This document shows, in pieces, positions 1-12,882 of a stretch of 64,000 nt of DNA; the first letter of the stretch is position 1; every line of letters starts with the position of its first letter. Below the pieces are notes generated by a model. It was given only the letters and a program-made list of their open reading frames with translations. It did not search any database and had not been told where the DNA came from. The DNA lies in assembly GCF_018977255.1 (NCBI RefSeq), contig NW_024704743.1, positions 77,006,001 through 77,070,000 on the forward strand. The letters are read 5' to 3'. Origin of the DNA: Callorhinchus milii. Lineage: Eukaryota. A program made the translations under genes and the position numbers.

Positions 1-83
1 GATGTTGTAGAAACTGTATCAAATGGAAGGATTATTATTATTCATCTAAATATAAGCTAAATATTTTCATTTAATACTAATGT

Positions 84-565
84 GGGTAGAAATTCCATGT
101 TGATCTAGATCTACTTTATTAATATACTATTTCAGATTGTCCAAAAATAATCTTTAATTTTGAAGCTGTTTTTTCTGTAAGTTATTTTAACAACAGGTAA
201 TGGCTTCAAAGTTAAAGCAAACTGCTCAGTTAGTAGCACGCTTGCCTCTGAGTTAGAATGCTGGGTTCAAACCCCATGTTGGGATTTTGAACACAAGTCT
301 ATGTATAAAATGTACTTCATGGCTGTTTGTGGGACATTATTATGTGCAAATTGGCTGCCTTGGTTCACCTACGAAATACACAATCACAATACTTTATAGT
401 ATATCTTGTGAAGTGCTTTGAGATGTCCTCCGGATGTAAAAAGCACTGTATCAAATGTAAGGCTTATTATTGTTATAAAACTGAATTAAATAATTCACCA
501 AATTCTGTACTCTCAGATGTCATGTTAACAGAGTAAATCTAGATCCAGATGAAAATTAGACCCAG
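84..565. mobile_element. Palindromic MITE-like element, interrupted by a SINE at ~222-476
   Basis: Left arm gggtagaaattccatgttgatctagat and right arm atctagatccagatgaaaattagaccc are imperfectly inverted; internal sequence resembles 10820-10985, 16410-16610 and 19160-19330. Confidence 0.55.
222..476 (+). mobile_element. Old Deu-domain SINE (SacSINE1/AmnSINE-like), internally deleted
   Basis: tRNA-like head gctcagttagtagcacgcttgcctctgagttagaa..gggttcaaacccc; body tgtttgtgggacatt..gcaaattggctgcc; tail atcaaatgtaaggcttattatt. Confidence 0.8.
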
Positions 566-935
566 TTATTTTTTGGTTAGAAAATGTGTTAAATAATTGA
601 TGAAATGCAATTCAAGTTCTGCATGCATTTATTTGGAGGGGCATGCAGCATGCTTTGAGGACCAATCAATGTCTCCAGTGTACATTGTATTATCTAAAGA
701 AATTGCAGCATGCATAAGGTGAAAATGAAAGTTACACCATGTGCTAACTTGCTTTTCATTTTGTTTTCATTGAAACCCTATCCCAGTCTAAGATAGGCAA
801 TTGACTTATTTATAGGTCAGGGCTTCTTGAACTTGGCAAGTTTTCATCTCCAATGGTGCAGGGCATTGCATCACCAACCCATTTGCAATAACCATTTATA
901 AAGGTCCCTTCTGTTCAACTGATTGTGCTGAACTG

Positions 936-1301
936 GTGGAGTCCTGGAGCTCAGTGGTTAGAACACTCTCCTCGCAAGCAAGAGACCTGGGTTTGATTCC
1001 CGACAGAGCAAAATGTTGGGCAAGTTTCCTTATGCCACACACCTCTGTTTAACTAGCAGTAAATAAGAACCCGGTTGTTAGTGGATTGGCGGATCACTTT
1101 TCCAGGGGTATTAATTCCTTCAAAAAAAAATTGATCCCTTTAATCCATGACTGTTTGTGGGACATTGCTGTGTGCAATTGGCTGCCGTGTTTTACCCACA
1201 AAATATACAGTCGATTCACTTTACAGTATATTTTATAAAGTGCTGTGAGACATCTCAAAGACGTGATAAGAGGCTATATCAAATGCAAGGATTATTATTA
1301 T
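936..1301 (+). mobile_element. Full-length young tRNA-derived SINE, long subtype (SINE2-1_CM-like)
   Basis: Head gtggagtcctggagctcagtggttaga..cctcgcaag..gggtttgattccc (A/B boxes, tRNA-Ala-like); Deu-like body; L2-type tail ending (att)n; near-collinear with 59325-59683. Confidence 0.9.
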
Positions 1302-2448
1302 CTGGAATCCTGTCACTTTGACTATCATTGAATAGATTCAGAGAAGAACATTTGCCCCCAAAACAATATTCTAAATGAAATAAGATTTCTTTCCCACAGA
1401 GAAATCCTGTTGCTGTCCTCAAAAGCTCAAAGGACTGCACTGATCAGTGTGCTTTGAGAAAAAGTAGAGACCTTTTTTTTAAGAAATAGATTGGGGATTA
1501 CAGGAGCTGGGGATAAATTTCTAAAATGAAAAGTCTCAATCAGTTAAAGATCAAATTAAGCAAGAGTAAGCTTGGATGACTACTTAAAAGGGATGAGACA
1601 AACAAAGGGGCTTCAAGTTTAGCCCCAAAGAATACAGACCACAGCTGGAGTCTGAGAGCGACAAGAGGTCTGGCTGGTGGTCAGTGAAAGAACTCACATA
1701 CCATGTTTCCCCCTATCACCTGTGAAGGAAAACTCATCAACCAATGCTCTGTAAATGCCACTGATAATCCTGCTAAATTTCACTAGCACACACACGAGTA
1801 GCCCACCTATTGAGCTTGCTCACATCACCTCCTTCAGAAGTGGGAGGTGAAGATCCTGGTGCGAACACACAGGTATCATCTACTTACCTGCTGAATAGGA
1901 AAATGCCTTCTTCCACTTGATGAGATGATTTAATGCTCTTATGTTTTGACAATGCAGCACAGATTACTGGCTCACTGTAATGATGGGTGGGTTCGAATTC
2001 CATCCTCAACTGCTCTTGTAAGTGGAGACCCCTGAGCTACAAAAGTTATCCTCCCTTTCTCATGCAATCATCCAAAAGCCTTCTGACAATTTGTTCAGGT
2101 ATTTGATTCTACATTTTATGCTATAAGCACACTTTGCCAGCCAAATATTCACAATGCAGCTTTCTCTCTCTCTCTCTCATCACACACAAACTTGCTTCCT
2201 GAGCTCAATAACTTACATGAGCATCTGTGCACTTTTGTGATTAAATTTAGTTTAGATATTCAAAGCTGGCAGTAATCCCAGAGTGATTCCAGCTTGGATC
2301 TGCCTGATCAAACAGGGAAATATCCTAGTCACTAAATTTCTACTAGGAAATCGTTTTTCTCCTCTCTGTTTCTCTGCCCTTCATTCAACTCAACATAACT
2401 CCATGAGGACATTACAATTTTATAAAATTTTCTATTCAATAATTATTT

Positions 2449-2671
2449 GAGTTGTTCGGATCCAGAATGCATTGCCTGAAAGGGTGGTGGAAGCCGATTC
2501 AAGAACAACTTTTGAGAGAGTAGATAATTATTTGGGGAGGACAAGTTTACAGTGCTATGGGGAGGGAGAGGGGGAGCTGGATTAATTTGGATAGTTCTTT
2601 TAAAAGAGCCGGTACAGACACTATGGCCAAAATGGCCTCCTTCTGAGCTGTATAATTCTATGACTCTATGA
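2449..2671 (+). mobile_element. CR1 LINE 3' end
   Basis: gaatgcattgcctgaaagggtggtggaagc (WNALP.RVVEA-like) .. aaatggcctccttctg .. attctatgactctatga tail; reverse complement of 10328 and 13190 copies. Confidence 0.85.
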
Positions 2672-4192
2672 ATTACATCGGGCTTCCCTCCCTTGAAGTC
2701 TGTTGAAAGCCTGTATGTTTGGAGTTGAGGGGAGTGAAAGGGGTTCATTGACCCATCCAATGCCATTTGGAGGACCATTTTGCAATGTTATTAAAGAGTA
2801 GTTCAAGCAAATATCTATTTAATAGCATTAAAAAACTAACAGCCAATTCCAGACTTATGTGGTTGCGTGAGCTACAAATAAAAAGAACTCCAAAATTGGA
2901 TGTTTGACCAAGCGTGCGAGAGACAGAGAGAGAGAGAGATGTATTGTGAATATTTGTTTGGCACCACATTTATGTACAAACCCTCGACTTGTGCTGCATT
3001 GATAGTGAAGGGCAAAGCACTTAAGAAAATCAATCTTTCACAAAAAAACAACTGGCATCAAAAAAGGGTCGTGGTAACCAAACACCTAGGAGTAATGCTC
3101 CCTCTGTTCCTATTCAAACAAGACCTTAATGGAAGTCGGCAAGACCTGCAGAGCTTTATGGGCAAGGGAAGCTTTCCATTCAATTCTCAGAAAATCTGAA
3201 ACAAGACCCTGATTAACTTGTACTGAGCCACTTTAGCTGTCTTACGTGAGCAGTTCTTGAAGATCAACTCAGCTTTAACAGATATATGAGCCGCTGATTT
3301 TTCTTCCTGCTTCTTCAATACCGGGATAAAGTATGAAGTGTGTTATAACCTATTCCTGTATTAATAATAATCCTTGCATTTGACTTAGAGCCTTATCACA
3401 TCGTCTAAATATCTCAAAGCACTTCACAAGATTTTACTGTAAAGTGTAGTGACTGTACTTGTAGGCAAACACAGCAGCCAATTTGCAAACAGTAATGTCC
3501 CACAACCTGAACATTAACACATTGAACAAGTTAATGAAACACCACTATCTTCACACTTTTTTTTACTTGAATGATTTATAACATTATTTTCGAAAAGAAC
3601 GCAGAGCACAGAGTAGGAAGCAAATTTTTCACAACCTTAAGGATTTATTGGCAAATCAGAGGGATCAAGGGACAAAATCCCATTCCCCTCTACCTGCCTA
3701 AGTACAAAGAAAGCAAGTGCCACAGGATAAATATTTTCAGTTTACTGATTAATAATTGGTGATCCTTGGCTGTGCTTAAATGCAAAAATAAGGCAACCTT
3801 ATTATAATGCTCTGTCAAATCCAAGAAATTAGACATGAGTTTGTGAAATAAAATAGACACTGTTCCCCCTTGGTAGTTGCTGCCATAATTTCTGGCTTCC
3901 AGCATCTAATCTCACACTCATACTGCTTCTTTCACACAAAGGCACAGTCCAGGATACTGCCTGACAGCCGTAACCATTCTTGCGAGCATTTCTACCATTT
4001 GTGAGAGCAGTGAGAGCTGTCCGGATTTCTGCACACTGTATCTATTTGCAAGAAGCCAGCTAGTCTCTGCCAGAAGCAGTCATGGCTTTGTGTGTCCACA
4101 GGAGATCGGCATTTTAAATGAACTTGCTCTCCAGTGAGGCACTTAATGAGGAGGTTGCCCTGCATTAATGATAAATATAGGCCACACATGGC

Positions 4193-4783
4193 CCACCTCC
4201 GACCATCCCTCACACGCAACCAAAATCCTTATCCACGCAATCATCACCTCCCGCCTTGAATATTCAAACGCCCTCCTCGCTGGTCTCCCCAGCTCCACCA
4301 TTCACAAAATCCAATTAAGTTAAAACTCTGCAGCACATATCTTCAACTGCACCAAACTCCATACCTCTGTCATAACAGGATTTGTCCAATTCGACTGGTT
4401 CCCTATTGCGAAACAGATCAATTTCAAGATCTCACACTCATGTACAAAGCACTTCATGCCCTGGCAACCCTCTACTGCTCCGACCTGTTAACACTCCACT
4501 CCTATACCTGCCACTTCACTCAACTGGCTCTAATCTCCTGCATTTCCACCAACGGCAGCCATGCTTTCAGCCACAATGCCCCAAAACTCTGGAACTCTCT
4601 GCCTCAATCTCTCCACTTTGCCTTATCCTTGCATGTCTTCAGATCACATTTGAAGATGTTCCTCTTAGATCTTGCCTTACCCGTCGCCTGCCCTCTCTCA
4701 GCGTCAAGCTCCGTTACTGTTAAGTGTTTTGAGACACTACCCCGTGTGAAGGGCGCTATATAAATGCAAGTTGTGATTGTTAT
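4193..4783 (+). mobile_element. L2 LINE ORF2 3' part and tail, decayed
   Basis: [37 protein letters not shown] motifs; tail gtgaagggcgctatataaatgcaagttgt. Confidence 0.85.
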
Positions 4784-4789
4784 TGGTAG

Positions 4790-5270
4790 AAGTTACCAAA
4801 GGGAGAACGTGAAGCAGCTTTGGGGTATTAGTGACACATCATTCACCACTGTCAAAACAATGTGAGGCAGCAATAAATGAGGCTAACAAAATGCTGAGCT
4901 GTACAGTATACCGAACAAGTTGTACAGATGCAGTGCAGATCTCCAGAACTCATATAAGCTTTACGGTGTTCTAGCCAAGCTGTCCTTGGAGTACAGATCT
5001 GGTTGATGTGAAATAAATGACCTGCTCAAACGTTAGCGGCAGTGCATAGGAAAGCAACAGTTAATCTTTAGCAATAGAGGAATGAGTTATCAGTAACAAA
5101 TGGATTCATTAGGCATTTCTACCTTGAAAGTAGACATCCGAGAAAGGAACTTTTAGAGGTATAAAAGATGCTAAAATGGGATAGAGCAGATACACCTAGA
5201 ACACTTTGGGTTGTGCCATAACAGGAGGATAAGAGGATACAGGCTCAGGTTTGTGAAAGACAAAATGGTC
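4790..5270 (+). mobile_element. Heavily decayed CR1 ORF2 fragment
   Basis: caatgtgaggcagcaataaatgaggctaacaaaatgctg; catataagctttacggtgttctag..cttggagtac; aggataagaggatacaggctcagg, typical of CR1 ORF2 C-terminal coding sequence. Confidence 0.6.
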
Positions 5271-6427
5271 TTAAAGCTAAGACTAGATTGAATTTGGGGC
5301 CTTGAGGTCGTAAGGCTAAGGCTCTGAGAAATTTTGGACCACTGAGAGCTGAAATTTCAGCTGTCGTTCCATGTAGCAACTTTTACAATGTGCGATTATT
5401 AAAAGAGAAATCCCATTACAAGGAACCCCAACAGGCATTTCAGCCCTGAGGTGATCGATATTTATTGAACTGCATTGATAATGAAAGCATTGAGCAGTGC
5501 ATGGCCACTAGGGGATGTTGCTAAATATTTGTAAAAACTACGTTTTCCCAATAAATATCCTGAAAAGACCTTCACAATGGAAGATTCTGTAAAATAATAA
5601 AAAATAGACAGAAGGCGACATGGCAGTTAGAACATTTACAATTAATAAACCACAATTCTTTAGCCTTTGACCCTTCTTGCTTCTGTACTGAAATCAATAA
5701 TACTCCTTAGGTACTCAGAAAATTAGATTTTTTTTAGAAAACTAATACTTACTAAAATTATGTACTGGGATTTCTTTAAAAAAAGCTTTCATAGTCATGA
5801 AAAATGAAGCCTATTGTGTATATATTTTCCATATAGGTATACCTATTGTAAGGGTCTTAAATACTACAGGCAAATTTCAATCACATTTGCCTAATGATAA
5901 AAAACCTTTGTGTTATAAGTAATGGTGTCATGTCTAAAAGTCATAATAAAAATGGTGTGTAAATTAACTATAAGCAGGTATCAGTTTTTCCAGCTACCAG
6001 TGGGCAGAACATTGCTTGGAAAATTCCATTTTAAGGACACATTTTCAATTTCAGTGATTTTACTGACCAGTGGATAATAATGATAAGTAATTTTAATTTT
6101 ATCCTAAGGAGAAAATAACCACAATATCTGCAGCATCTCACTCAAGGCTAGTTCTTCCCAATACTGTCCTTGTCTAGAATTCTGAGGCATTGTCATTATA
6201 TGGGTATTCTGGTTTGAGTTAAGGGATGGATATTTTGTTTCAGCTTCTTACAAAAATAATAGAATCTCTCTCACTGTCACTATCTGCAATGTTAAACATG
6301 GTTTCCGGTAATTCGTTACTAATTAGATAAGGTGCAATAGCAGCAGTCAAATCGCTCCGTCTCCTTTGAAAAGTGCTATGACTGATGTGAGATGGGCAGT
6401 GGTTGATTGAACCAAAAATAGGTTTAG

Positions 6428-6985
6428 AATAATCATTGCATTTGATATCGTATTTATAATGTTTAACTGCTTCACAGCTAAAAACTGTCAAATGTAGTGA
6501 CTGTGGATCAATAGGCAAATGCAGCAGTCAATGTGGATAAACAGCCGTAAAGTAAATGGTCAATTTTATCTGGAGGGTTGTTGGTCAGGACACCAGGAGA
6601 AACTCCTTTCTCTTTTGAAATAATTTCACTCTCATCCCCCTTGCCCCCTTGAATCCAACACCCTGCTCGGGTGCAAACGCTCAACTGTCTAGGACCTTGG
6701 GATGTCCTCCTGACATGAAAGGCACCATAGATATATATACATACATATATATTTATATATATATATGCAACTTATTGTTGTTGTCCTTAACGTCAACCTG
6801 AACAGGCAGTTGGGATCTCAGTTTAACGTCTTACCTGAAAGATGACACATCTGTCAATGTAGTGCATCCCCATAACTGCACTGGAGTGTGAGCTTAGACA
6901 CTGAACTCAATGTCCCACTAGAAAGCTTGAATCCAAAACATGCTAATGGAAAAGTGAAAGTGCTACCAACTGAACCAACCTGGCA
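6428..6985 (-). mobile_element. Old Deu-domain SINE with nested L2 tail (+ strand, ~6629-6784)
   Basis: Reverse complement of the 41746-42176 family; insert carries ccttgggatgtcctcctgacatgaaaggc..(ta)n..ttgttgttgt. Confidence 0.8.
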
Positions 6986-8039
6986 CTTTTGACAAAGCAG
7001 AATTATGTAACTAGCAGTATACAGCAGATGAACATTATAGTAAATTATTAAGACTTTTGTAAAGGTCTTTGAAATATCCTTGCAACAAAATATCCTGTTA
7101 GAAGAATTGAAATCCTTTTAAATTTGGCACCAGGTTCAACAAACTTCCAGGAAAGTTTCCATCTCTAACTGAGTTGTGAGTCCAGTGATAGCCGAGTTCA
7201 TTGCAACACACAAAATATTCTGATCTATCCCATCAAGAGTCCTACAGTCATCTCCTAACTAAAGCAAATTGTCAGTCTCAAGTCCAAACCCCTTTGATAT
7301 ATTTTACATCCCTTTTACATCCAAACCCCTTTGATATCCCTTTAGGAATTTTAATTACCAGATCATAGAATCAAAGTAAAACCATTAAATGCAATCCCTT
7401 TCATACCTTTCCATCAAATGATCCCTAATAAACTACCAGAGTTTGCTCATAACTATCATTCTTCACATCTTCCTGGGCAAATCTAAGAGACACAGACTTG
7501 AAATCAAGCATTGTTTTACACCTTTACAAACAAAGCTTTTCATTGTAAAGTCCTAACCTGTCCTGTTCACATAAGGGACAGATTCCCATTGAAAAAAATA
7601 AAGGTATAAAAATAAAGAATGTCAAATTTGTTACATAGCCACTGGACATAAGCGACAGCACAGATGCTCAGTACAGCATTGCTGAAAACAACAGTTAAAA
7701 TAAGAGAATTGATCCCTATTCTGTGTCAAAAGACTCTTAGACTGTAACCCTAAACTGTTCAAGTTGCATAATGTCCTATTTTGGCTTTAATGCACATAAG
7801 TGCTTTGTCCAAGATCTGTACAACAATGAAGGGTTTATACAATGTTAATACGGTATGTTAAAAGCAGAGAATTCGTGAAAATTCATTGACTTTGTGAGTA
7901 AAACATCTCCAATAAATTTTGAATCTCAATTTTTAACCAGGAGCCCCTCAGTGTCTAAGGTTAAATATTTATCTAGATGTAACTGAGGTGGGGGGGGGGG
8001 GGGTGTTGTGAGAGGTAAGCAGAGTCTTCTTGAAGCTGA

Positions 8040-8318
8040 ACTGATATGTTTGGCAACGGAATGTCGGAATCTAGCCAGCCCTCTGTGGTGGTCTCTAGTC
8101 TGGTTCCTGAGCCAGGTGGGTCCATAGTATTCCAGGGCATTGCTGATGACAGCGCAGACAGTCTGACTCATCGGCAGGACTTGGAAGGGCAGATCAGTCA
8201 CTGGGGGCAGAGAATCCTCCCACTCAGCTCCCGTTAACCCGGTAAGCCAAAGCCAAAGGGGTAGGGTGGTCCTAGCTGGACAAGAAGTAGGAAAACTTGC
8301 CAGACAGTGCTCTCAATC
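8040..8318 (+). mobile_element. Internal fragment of unclassified retroposon family X
   Basis: cccactcagctcccgttaaccc..aagccaaa..ctagctggacaag..aacttgccagacagtg is the reverse complement of 20990-21090. Confidence 0.7.
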
Positions 8319-10327
8319 ATAAACTATGCATTTTTTGTTTTTAAACTGAACTTTTATGGTGCATGCTGAGAAACTGCCCAAATGAAAATTCTAGTCAAGA
8401 TCTAGACTTCTAGATTATAATTACTAGTTGGGGTTCCTTCACCACTGAATTATTTCTTTGGAGAAATAGAATTTCACAGTATTGTGAACGGAAGTGAATA
8501 ATGCAACTACAAATTACATCTTGAGACCATCTGGTCTCACAATATCACAATATGATGTGTTGCCAGTTTCACTTAATTCTTCCAACTCTCAGGAACTGGA
8601 TTCCGTTAAGTCTTTTCACACAGGAATAATTCTGCAAGACCCTGAAACATTATTTAGTGGATTTCTGTAATCAAGTGTGACCACCCCCCTTTCTTACCAG
8701 CTTTAACCATGAGTTTACATATATATCCCTTTCTTAGCTTTACAAACAGCAATTTGCAGTGTGCAGTTAACAGATTTGGATTCAGTTCAGGAATGATGAA
8801 GGTGGAAAGGCTTTCAATGAAACTATGGGATGAACAGGATTTCTGGATCTATACTCGTGGATCTATATCTGAAAATCCCAACATTCCCTTTAACTTGTAC
8901 CAGAATCACTGTTGACACTCCAGCAATATTATATCAACTGAATTCCAGCACTGGTCTAAGCTACTGGAAGTGGGATCACATAGGTTGACTACGACGACTG
9001 ATTTGGTTCGATTTATCCACTATGAAATAGACTGGGTTTCGTTATATATACACATCAGGATCAATTTAAATCAGTTTATTGTGGAGCAGTTCAATTCTAA
9101 ATGGATTCAGACCACCACAGCTGAAAGTCCCTGTTTAATGTTATTTAAATGGCTTAGCTTCCCTCTGCAGAGTGGCCATGATTTAGCTCTATTAATGATT
9201 CCCAGGGAGCCAGAAAAAAATGGCAGTCAAACACACAAGCAAAACAGATCTCTAAGAGCCCAGATAGAATCTGGATCATTGATGGGGGGAATAAATCATC
9301 AGCTTTTCCCTCACAAAACAGAACTACAACCTGGGCAATGTGAAGCAAGAGGTCATGTCCCACTGTGCTCCGCTACTAAGAGTCATTTATATGTATAAAA
9401 GTGGATTTGAGGATGTGGGGTTTCAAACCTGAATACTTTGGAAACTAATCTCAGTCAATATAAAGCAGAAGAAAAATACCAGAGTCTGTTTACTTTAAAC
9501 AATGCAACTATTTGTGAGACATTTCTGTGTGCAATTGGCTGTGATTCGCCTACAAAATATACAGTCAATTTACTTTACACTATATTCTTTGAAGCACTTT
9601 GAGACGTCTCAAAGACGTGATAAGGCGCTATTTGAAATGCAAGGATTATTATTATAATGATAAATTATATTCTTTTGAGTGAGAATTCTCACTTGAGTGG
9701 TGTTCTCAAAATGTTTCTCAGGGGTTTGCAAAATGTATCTCAGTTGTGGTGTTTGTTGTGCAGCTCTTTTTATAAAAGTGTAGATGAACACAACAGAGCC
9801 TTCTGGAGTCTGAGAAAGTCCAGCTCATTCTGTGAAGAGCGAACGGTGAGTAAACAAGAGTCTTTACTCAAGAGGCTCAGTGATCACAATTCAGCAAGGT
9901 TATGTGGAATTTAAAATACTTTTCAAAACAGCTATAAAAATAGATGTTGTAGCTTCCAGCTCGGTGGTGGTACTGCAGCAGACAAGGAGGTAATAACATC
10001 TCTGACCACACAGAATAACTACTGTATTTTTAAATCCAAATGCTACATTGGGATTGAAAGTGTAGTACTTGCAAACTAGAAATCGTTGGGGTAACAGAAA
10101 TTTCTGGTTTGTGATTGAAATTGTAGGATTGCTATCAAATTTGCTAAAAAAAAAATTGGTTTAAAAAGATCATGATCTCAAAGGCTGGCCAAAGTCATTT
10201 TTCTTTCTGATGTTTGGTTGGACTATTTGGGTTTTGCTCAGCTGCGAAACAACCACAATTGTGATTTCTGGATTGCAAATACTGTACTGCATTTTTAAAT
10301 CCTATTGTCACTGAAGGATCACTGTAT

Positions 10328-10625
10328 TCATAGAATATTACAGCACAGAAGGAAGCCATTTGGCCTCTTATGCCTGTGCCGGCTGTTTGGAAGAGCTACC
10401 CAATCAGTCCCACTTCATCGCTCTTTCCCCATATCCTTGCAAATGTTTCCTTTTCAAGTATCTATCTGATTCCCCTTTGAAAGTTGTTATTGAATCTTCC
10501 ACCACCCTTTCAGGCGATGCATTCCAGACTGTAACAATTCGCTCTGTAAATAAATTCTCATCATCTCCACTCTGGTTCTTTTGCCAATTATCTTGAATTT
10601 ATGTCCCCTGGTTACCGACCCTGGT
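10328..10625 (-). mobile_element. CR1 LINE 3' end
   Basis: catagaatattacagcacagaaggaagccatttggcc..tccaccaccctttcaggc..gcattccag. Confidence 0.85.
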
Positions 10626-10819
10626 TATTTGTAATGATACATTTTATAGAGCGCCCATTTTGTCAAAATGTCTCAAAGCTCTGCAATGTTTTGTTATTGT
10701 ATTTAGTAGGTGAACTCCACAGCCAGTTTGCACAAAGCAATGTCCGGTAAACAGCAATGAAGTGAATGGCCAAATTTACCAGGATACTAGATGTTATTCT
10801 TTTTTTTAGCATTTGAGAG

Positions 10820-10985
10820 CATCCAAAATGTGGCAAATTCTTAAACAGCCTTAATTTTTAATCTGGTTTTCTGTAAACTGTTGTAAGAGCTACAGAAAAC
10901 TGTCTCCAAAGTTAAGACTGAATTCAACAATTTGGCATATTCCACAATCTCTGAAATGTTACATAACCCATCTTAATTTCTCCCT
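10820..10985. mobile_element. Palindromic MITE-like element (same family as 16410-16610)
   Basis: aagactgaattcaacaatttggca..ctctgaaatgttacataa matches the reverse complement of 16446-16490. Confidence 0.55.
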
Positions 10986-11216
10986 CCAAGTGCTTTAAAT
11001 GTGCCCAACATTTTTACTGATGCTTTATCTTGAGTACAAAGTGTTTTGAATGATCTTCCTCCTTTACGTATTAATCTTATACAAGTTTCAGTGAGCTTAT
11101 CGTTTATTGATCTGAGGGTTATTTTGCTTCTTGGTCCCACAACAAACCAAGTGCTATTGGATTAAGACTCTCCTTTATTTCTGCCAATCTGTACAATTAC
11201 ATCTTGTAATTGAGTC

Positions 11217-11539
11217 GTGGAGTCCTGTAGCTCAGTGGTTAGAGCACTCGCTTTGCAAGTGAGAGACCTGAGTTCAATTACAGGCACAGGGCGAAACCTT
11301 GGGCAAGTTTCCTTACTCCACACAGAGCCTAATAATAATCCCTCCAAAACCAAAAACAATAATAAATTGGTCATTTTCAATCTACGACTGTTTGTGGGAC
11401 ATTGCTGTGCGCAATTGGCTGCCGCGTTCGCCCACAAATATGCAGTCAATTCACTTTACAGTGTGTTCTGTGCAGCGCTTTGGGACGTCCTCCCGACGTG
11501 AAAAGCACTATATCAAATGCAAGGATTATTATTATTATT
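11217..11539 (+). mobile_element. Full-length young tRNA-derived SINE, short subtype
   Basis: Head gtggagtcctgtagctcagtggttagagcactcgctttgcaag; body near-identical to 48209-48422 and 52921-53154; tail gggacgtcctcccgacgtgaaaagc..(att)n. Confidence 0.95.
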
Positions 11540-12132
11540 TTGTTGTCATAGTCTCTTTCACTGCAGTCAAATAAATGCGTGAAAGCTCATCATTCCAGTT
11601 CTGGGAACTTTCAAAATGTTTATCCCCTTCACTCTAGGATCTTTTTGCTAGACTGTTCCTCTGTTTCACTTGCCAGATGCATAGTGTGAAAGAGGCTAAC
11701 TACAATATGAATGCTCCCAGACCATGACCATCCTTTTCCTGTGGAATGTAGTCTGCTCAATGATTTCCTTACATGTTTGTAGGTACACCTGGTTTAGACA
11801 TTGTGTCCCCTCATTAACCCATCAGTGCTATTGCCTCCAATGCTTCAAAACCAGCTGTTTTTATTATCCCTATATAATACCAGTCTTGTTTCGCACACCC
11901 TATAAAAATTCAATTTTAAAATAATTTCAATTTAGGTATACACTAACAATAGGTTAACATATGCTTTTCCTTCTTATTCTCTCCTATAGTCTCATCCTTC
12001 TTTAAACCAAGGTGCCGTCAGCTTGTTCAGGTGGACTAGGGATCCTGTGGCACTATTCAAAAGGAACAGGGAGTTTCCCCAATGTCCTGGTCAACATTCC
12101 CTCAAATAAAGTTGGTCACTCACTTCATGGCT

Positions 12133-12443
12133 GTGGAGTCTGTAGCTCAATGGTTAGAGCACTCACCTTGCAAGCGAGACACCTGGGTTCAATTCCACGC
12201 AGAGTGAAACCTTGGGCAAGTTTCCTTACTACACACACCTAATAATAATCCCTCCAAAACAAAATAATAGTAAATTGGTCATTTTCAATCCACAACTGTT
12301 TGTGGGACACTGCTGTGCGCAATTGGCCTCCATGTTTCGCCCACTAATATACAGTCAATTCACTTTACAGCATATTCTGTGAAGCGCTTTGAGACGTCTC
12401 GAAGGTGTGAAAAACGCTATATCAAATACAAGGATTATTATTA
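12133..12443 (+). mobile_element. Full-length young SINE nested in old SINE, TSD atggct
   Basis: atggct(gt) at 12127 and again at 12443 flanks a complete head-to-tail copy. Confidence 0.9.
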
Positions 12444-12569
12444 TGGCTGTTTGTGGGTCTTTGCTGTGTGTAAATTGGCTGTTATGTTCACTCACAAAAC
12501 AAACATAGATAGTCACTCCACTTTGCAATATATCCTGAGAAATGCCTTCAGACATGAAAGATGCTATAT

Positions 12570-12882
12570 ATTTTTCTTTTGGTCATCCGGATGTCTGACA
12601 CATGAAGAAAGTCATCACCATGCTTAAGAGTATCCAAACCAAGCTGAGATTTCCATGCATCCCAACTACACATGAAAATCCTAGAGATAGATTGTTGGGA
12701 TGGAATGCACACTCTCTCTCTGGAGGGACATATCCTGCTTACCTAATTCCAGAAAGTATTGGGAACAGGTTGGCAATAGCCAAGGCTTGGGGACCCCAAG
12801 TGTGCATTTGGGGTGTTGCTGGAGTCCAACCAGCTAGAACCGCATAGCTTGAAATTGATATTGCTGACCGGCAAGCTTTTTC
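12570..12882 (-). mobile_element. Family X retroposon, 5'-truncated, poly(A) tail, ~11-bp TSD
   Basis: T-tract at 12571-12580; agatgctatat (12559-12569) / agatgctttat (12883-12893); shares ccatgcttaagag and tcctgcttacctaattcc with other copies. Confidence 0.75.

Noticed and set aside
1888..2036. 149-nt minus-strand exon candidate with cag|gtaagt and one open frame
   Set aside because: Weak pyrimidine tract, unrecognised peptide, and overlap with a B-box-like ggttcgaattcc suggesting a decayed SINE
7283..7337. Short local duplications and homopolymers (also 13700-13732, 28593-28637, 10020/10285, G14 at 7990, G18 at 22191)
   Set aside because: Ordinary slippage products with no further structure
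9783..9851. Other isolated AG..GT exon-like pairs (9783-9845 +, ~18322-18388 +, ~37889-37924 -, ~55588-55608 +)
   Set aside because: Such pairs are expected by chance in 64 kb; no recognisable peptide or consistent gene model
11217..11290. tRNA-Ala-like sequences (also 936, 12133, 38310, 59325)
   Set aside because: They are SINE heads: no proper acceptor stem, and each runs into the SINE body
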